DNA of 64,000 nucleotides from a bacterium (GTDB lineage: Bacteria > Hinthialibacterota > Hinthialibacteria > Hinthialibacterales > Hinthialibacteraceae). The stretch is taken from contig CAXXSM010000036.1 in the NCBI GenBank assembly GCA_963663405.2, forward strand, positions 1 through 64,000, read 5' to 3'. The position numbers and the translations under genes are program-made. This document shows positions 59,601-64,000 of the stretch, piece after piece. Numbering within the stretch: the first letter of the stretch is position 1; the number at the start of each line of letters is the position of its first letter. The notes under the pieces are model-generated. The model searched no databases. It saw only the letters and a list, made by a program, of their open reading frames with translations, and was not told the DNA's origin.

Positions 59601-61901
59601 TCAGTTTTCGGCTAAAGGAGAAGAGGAGACAACGCGGAAACCCAATCCGGAACCTTTATTGTCTTCACCACCCCGGTTGCGGCTCGCTGAACGCATAATT
59701 TCAGCGGAAACGCTCCAACTGCCGCTTCGAGTTACATGGAAGGCGCCGGAAGGACTCCCTTTGGGATCGGTTTGATCCCCTTCTGGATACGCGCCGTACC
59801 AATCCGCGCACCATTCCCAAACGCTGCCACTCATATCGCGCAGACCCCAGGTGTTTGGTTTTTTCTGGCCAACGTTATGTGTCTGGTAATTCGCGTTCCC
59901 CTCATACCAGGCGTATTCCTCAATCTGCTGGATCGAGGGATCGTTTCCCCAATAGAAACGCTGGGTGGTTCCCGCGCGGCAGGCGTATTCCCATTCCGCC
60001 TCCGTAGGCAGGCGGAACGTATATTGAGTCACTTTTGATAACCAGGCGCAAAACGCAGTGGCGTCATTCCAACTAACGTAGACGACAGGTTGATTGGCGC
60101 CGTTCAATGAGAATCCTCGGTAAGATTGGCTATTATGTTCGGGCCGGAACGCATGATACTGCTTGTTTGTCACTTCATGTGTACTCATCCAGAATGACTG
60201 TGTGATTTTTACTTTATGCGCAGGGCCTTCATCCGCATACCGTCCCTTCTCGTTCGGAGGACTCCCCATGACAAATTCTCCAGGGGGAATAAAACGGAAT
60301 TTCATGGGAATCTTGCCCGGAAGAACGATAGTGGTTTCATCCCCCGCTTTGTTTGACAGCGGCGTTTCGGTGGCGGGCGCCGGACTGGGGACTGGAGTGG
60401 GAGGCGCAGGCGTAGCGGCCGGTGTTTGTTTTTTTAGGATTGGTTTATAATCCCTTTCCTCTCCTTCTTTCAGGTCGATCCACACTGTTGAAGTTTCATA
60501 ATCGTTGGCGGAAACCTCTATCTGATATCGACCTGGTTCCAATTCCATCCCTTGTTCGAATTTGGGGCTGATATTTAAAATACGAACGCGCGCGTCCGCT
60601 GGTTCGGGATGAACGGTTAAATGGGCAGAATTGAGAGAAGCCATCGCTGATGGCGCTGGAACGGGGATGGATGGTGTTACCGTAATGAAGGGAGCAACGG
60701 ATCCTAGCGTGGGTGTTGGATAGTATGCGATGGTTTCAAACGTGGGGTGAGGAGTAGGAGTCGAAACCTTTATTTGAGTGACGGATTTTTCCGATTGAAA
60801 ACTTTTCGAGAACTCGAATCCCATTACAATTAAGAGAAAAGCCAAGAGGATGGATAAAAGTACCGCCAGCGTTCGATTAACGCGCTCTGTTCCACCGATG
60901 GCCGGAACCGTATACCTTTTAACCATCGCAGGTTCGGGCGGCGTGTCATATCGTTGTAATTGAAGAGCCTCTACCGGCAGTTCCGCGAGGATATCTTCTA
61001 ATCCCGGTCTCTTTTCCTGAGCCTTCTCCAAGATCCGGCTTAAGAGAAAACGGTATTGTTCCGGCGCGTTTTCGACTAAGGACTGGGTAGGATCATCTTC
61101 TTTATGTTTCTGCATTAAAACAAACGGATTTTCGTCATCAAACAACCGTTTGCCGGTCAGCATTTCGTACCACAGAATTCCCAGCGAATATATATCACTC
61201 GCTGGTGTGATGTTTTCGCTTCCTTCACATTGTTCGGGGGACATATACGCTACGGTTCCAAATCCTCCCACCGTCACACTTTTGGAATCCACCCGTTTTG
61301 CGACACCAAAGTCACAAACGACGATACGTTCCAGATCGCCGTTATAGAGCAGGACATTGCTGGGTTTTAAATCGCGGTGAATAACGCCTCGTTCGTGAGC
61401 CGCCGCTAACGCCCGTATAATTTGCGCGACGATTTTCGCCGCTTCATCCGGCGTCAAATGTCCACGCGCTTTGATGGTGTCGGCTAAATCCATATCACCG
61501 GGAATATATTCCATTTCAATAAACGGCGCTTCAGCCAGCTGCGTGGAGATTGTGCCCATCGTAAAGACGTTGACAACGGGGGCTTCCGGTACCTGCTGCT
61601 TGATCGTTTGCAGGATTTCCCCTTCCCGCCGGAAGCGCTTGACGATTTCTGGATCGCCCAGTTGTTCCGGCCGCAGTACTTTCAGCACACACTCTCGTCC
61701 CGCTTCGCTGTTGTAGGCTTTATAGACCTTCGCCATCCCGCCCTTTTCGGAAAGAAGCGTCATGCGCCGGTACGGGCCTAATTGTGTCAGGGATATACCC
61801 GGCCCGCCTGCGTTTCCCTTCCGCATCAACACGATCAGCAGTGTTACCAGAACGGTAAGAAGCGCTCCTCCGAGAATGTATAGACCGGCCTCCGTACTCA
61901 T
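59601..61901 (-). CDS. Hanks-type Ser/Thr kinase with TM, PEGA-like and C-terminal FGE-sulfatase domains
   Basis: GGMAKVY, VLKVL, IHRDLKPSN, DFG, YMSPEQ, SDIYSLG; [15 protein letters not shown]; start chosen at ATG 61901. Confidence 0.9.
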   Translation of the reverse strand: MSTEAGLYILGGALLTVLVTLLIVLMRKGNAGGPGISLTQLGPYRRMTLLSEKGGMAKVYKAYNSEAGRECVLKVLRPEQLGDPEIVKRFRREGEILQTIKQQVPEAPVVNVFTMGTISTQLAEAPFIEMEYIPGDMDLADTIKARGHLTPDEAAKIVAQIIRALAAAHERGVIHRDLKPSNVLLYNGDLERIVVCDFGVAKRVDSKSVTVGGFGTVAYMSPEQCEGSENITPASDIYSLGILWYEMLTGKRLFDDENPFVLMQKHKEDDPTQSLVENAPEQYRFLLSRILEKAQEKRPGLEDILAELPVEALQLQRYDTPPEPAMVKRYTVPAIGGTERVNRTLAVLLSILLAFLLIVMGFEFSKSFQSEKSVTQIKVSTPTPHPTFETIAYYPTPTLGSVAPFITVTPSIPVPAPSAMASLNSAHLTVHPEPADARVRILNISPKFEQGMELEPGRYQIEVSANDYETSTVWIDLKEGEERDYKPILKKQTPAATPAPPTPVPSPAPATETPLSNKAGDETTIVLPGKIPMKFRFIPPGEFVMGSPPNEKGRYADEGPAHKVKITQSFWMSTHEVTNKQYHAFRPEHNSQSYRGFSLNGANQPVVYVSWNDATAFCAWLSKVTQYTFRLPTEAEWEYACRAGTTQRFYWGNDPSIQQIEEYAWYEGNANYQTHNVGQKKPNTWGLRDMSGSVWEWCADWYGAYPEGDQTDPKGSPSGAFHVTRSGSWSVSAEIMRSASRNRGGEDNKGSGLGFRVVSSSPLAEN

Positions 61902-61909
61902 GCGATTTG

Positions 61910-62887
61910 TTACAACCCTCTCTCCGGCGCCAAGGCCGATTGTTGGATGAAGAGATAAATCAAGAAGAACAACCATCCTGTTGTAAAAATAATGGCGGCC
62001 CAAAGAGCCCATTTCATGGTCTTTCTTGGTTGCGCTGGAACATTTCTTTCAGCCGTGTTTCTTTGCTGTAATGCTTCAATTGATGGCAAGACAGGTATGG
62101 ATTCTTCCCTCCGTGTTAGATCCCCGATTTCCAATAAGACCACTGTGATATTATCAGACGAGCCGTTCTGATAGGCTAACCGAGTCAGATTTTCGGCGGC
62201 GGTTTGCAGATCCGGGGTGGCGGTTGTATATTTCCAAATCTCATAGGGAGAGACTAAAAAATCAACAACACTGCCGGTTAAGCCATCGCTGCAAAAAAGA
62301 AAACACTCCCCTCCGAAAAGGGGAATCTCATTAATATCCGCTTTTATGTTCGATTCAGGGCCTAAACACTGCAGCAGAGCGGACGCCATGTAGTGTAATC
62401 CCGCGTCATCTCGAACTTGATCGAGTGTGTATAGGCCCCGGTCGATCGCGTCCTGGATCGCAGTGTGATCACGTGTTCGCTGGATTGCGCCTTTTTCTTC
62501 AATCTGATACACCCGGCTATCGCCGATGTTTGCGATCCAGAGAGACTGGTCTGTCACTATCCCCAACGCCAACGTGGTTCCCATTTCTTTGAGGTTTGGA
62601 TCTTCGGCGCTTTTTTCTTTCATGTGGCGTTGGATCGTGTGGATCGTATCCCTTATCCAGGTTTCCACCTGGTTATTATCCGCAGGGGGTGTTTCAATCT
62701 GTTTCGTGATCACATCGATCGCGAGTTGGCTGGCGATCTGTCCACCCGCGTGTCCTCCCATTCCATCACAGACCGCCACGAGACCCCGAATTCCTCCACG
62801 GGGCGTCTCATACATTTCGCAGATATAATTGTCTTGATTTTCGTCTCTGCGTCCTGTTATGGTGGTTCCAACACATTCGATTTTCAT
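61910..62887 (-). CDS. PP2C/PPM-family Ser/Thr phosphatase with C-terminal TM
   Basis: R.ENQD, VCDGMGGHAGG, MGTT, NIGDSRVY, CSDGL, DNITV. Confidence 0.93.
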   Translation of the reverse strand: MKIECVGTTITGRRDENQDNYICEMYETPRGGIRGLVAVCDGMGGHAGGQIASQLAIDVITKQIETPPADNNQVETWIRDTIHTIQRHMKEKSAEDPNLKEMGTTLALGIVTDQSLWIANIGDSRVYQIEEKGAIQRTRDHTAIQDAIDRGLYTLDQVRDDAGLHYMASALLQCLGPESNIKADINEIPLFGGECFLFCSDGLTGSVVDFLVSPYEIWKYTTATPDLQTAAENLTRLAYQNGSSDNITVVLLEIGDLTRREESIPVLPSIEALQQRNTAERNVPAQPRKTMKWALWAAIIFTTGWLFFLIYLFIQQSALAPERGL

Positions 62888-62896
62888 CCCTTGATC

Positions 62897-63895
62897 CTAT
62901 TTCTCATGGTAGATCAACGCGGCGTGTCCCATCTCGATCCGGTCTCCATCTTTCAACTCCCGGCATTCATTCGCCTCCATTCGTTCGTGGTTGAGAATGG
63001 TCGCGTTGCGGTCGGGATCGTATGGGTCGGGGATGTTTTCAAGGATATATTTACCATCAAAAAATTGCAGTTTAGCTTGGTGACTCGATACGGTGGGATC
63101 GTTCAATTGAATGTGCGATAAAGGAGGACCTGGCAGACGGCCTAGTGTATACTCCGGTGTCTGGTTGACCGATCCCTGGGGACGAATCAAACGGATTTCT
63201 TTTAGCTCAGAACCACCGGCCACTTCGAACCATCCCGGCAGGATTTTCACTGTACCCGCCTGGATCGCTTCTTCTTTCGCCACTGGAGCTGTGATTTTCT
63301 GGGTATGATCGGCGACTGTCACGACCGCCGTGCTGTCAAAATGGGGAAGCGGGGAGCCGGACCAGCCCCCCAGCAGTAATACGATTAATAAAATCAATAC
63401 GACCACAACCGCTCCAATCAAGCCGATCAAGTACCAATTCGCGCCGGTTTCCTCTTCCTGTGGGGTGGATTCCTGCGTCGATTCTTCCGCTGGAACGATT
63501 GGCGCCGGCGCTGGAGTGGTTTCAACTACGGCGGGTTGCGGGGCCGGGGAAGCGTCCAGCGCCTCCCGTTTGTTTTCCATAATTAAATAGGAACTCGCCG
63601 CTTGCTCGAACGCCACGTATCCTTCAACCCGGTATCGTTTATTGAGTTCAGGATGGCGTTCGCTCTTTGAAATGATGATGATCTTATCCCCCCAATTATC
63701 CTTGAGTTCATAGGCGATCGTGTTTTCGGCTTTTCCCTTATCCCATCGCTCGATTAATCCTTCCACCGTCACGTAAGCGTTCACCAATTGGCCGTCATTG
63801 ATCTGTTTGACGATCCGTTCATTTTCTTCGCAGTGGATGGGATTAATCAGAAATATAACAAGAAATAGAAAAAAAACAGACAAAAAACCTCTCAT
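62897..63895 (-). CDS. Membrane-anchored FHA-domain protein
   Basis: Signal peptide, extracytoplasmic domain, TM, then LGR...L.DPTVSSHQA.L...N.T..N...LKDGDRI.MG. Confidence 0.85.
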   Translation of the reverse strand: MRGFLSVFFLFLVIFLINPIHCEENERIVKQINDGQLVNAYVTVEGLIERWDKGKAENTIAYELKDNWGDKIIIISKSERHPELNKRYRVEGYVAFEQAASSYLIMENKREALDASPAPQPAVVETTPAPAPIVPAEESTQESTPQEEETGANWYLIGLIGAVVVVLILLIVLLLGGWSGSPLPHFDSTAVVTVADHTQKITAPVAKEEAIQAGTVKILPGWFEVAGGSELKEIRLIRPQGSVNQTPEYTLGRLPGPPLSHIQLNDPTVSSHQAKLQFFDGKYILENIPDPYDPDRNATILNHERMEANECRELKDGDRIEMGHAALIYHEK

Positions 63896-64000
63896 GAATC
63901 TCTCCTTTATTTTGTAAAAATCGCTCGAACGCTACGTCCCATTTTTCGCGCTGTTTATAAATAACAATACTTGCGCCGCCGTGTTTTTAAAATCCCTGCA

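Overview
Bacterial chromosomal window (no rRNA, tRNA, CRISPR array or intact transposase seen), rich in exported proteins. The gene style (GspG/PilA-like 'FTLIELLIVVAIIGILAAIAVPNFLNAQ' proteins, FGE-domain, LamG and LTD/CotH proteins) recalls OLB16/Hinthialibacter-like candidate lineages; this is an impression only. Recognisable modules: a Tat-exported PaoABC/YagTSR-like molybdoenzyme with moaA, xdhC and mocA; a mannan-utilisation trio (Na+ symporter, cellobiose 2-epimerase, GH130 phosphorylase); a collagen/FGE surface protein; Ni-SOD; GH42; a HigBA-like TA pair; alr, engB, murB; and an FHA-PP2C-Ser/Thr kinase operon. Two candidate undescribed systems stand out. (1) A 7-gene co-oriented cluster (31.4-43.2 kb) with hydrazine-synthase-like architecture: an HzsA-like di-haem protein and a 10-haem c554x2/YVTN-propeller/CCP-like fusion, plus a Rid-family gene split by a 10-bp tandem duplication. 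(2) A short C-terminal motif ([TSV]-[PAN]-[VIA]-x-[DNSG]-[WF]-x-[LN]-[YFM]-stop) shared by five unrelated proteins (four with visible signal peptides), a candidate secretion/sorting signal. Also noted: a probable ATT start for murB and a one-base frameshift in a G-run.
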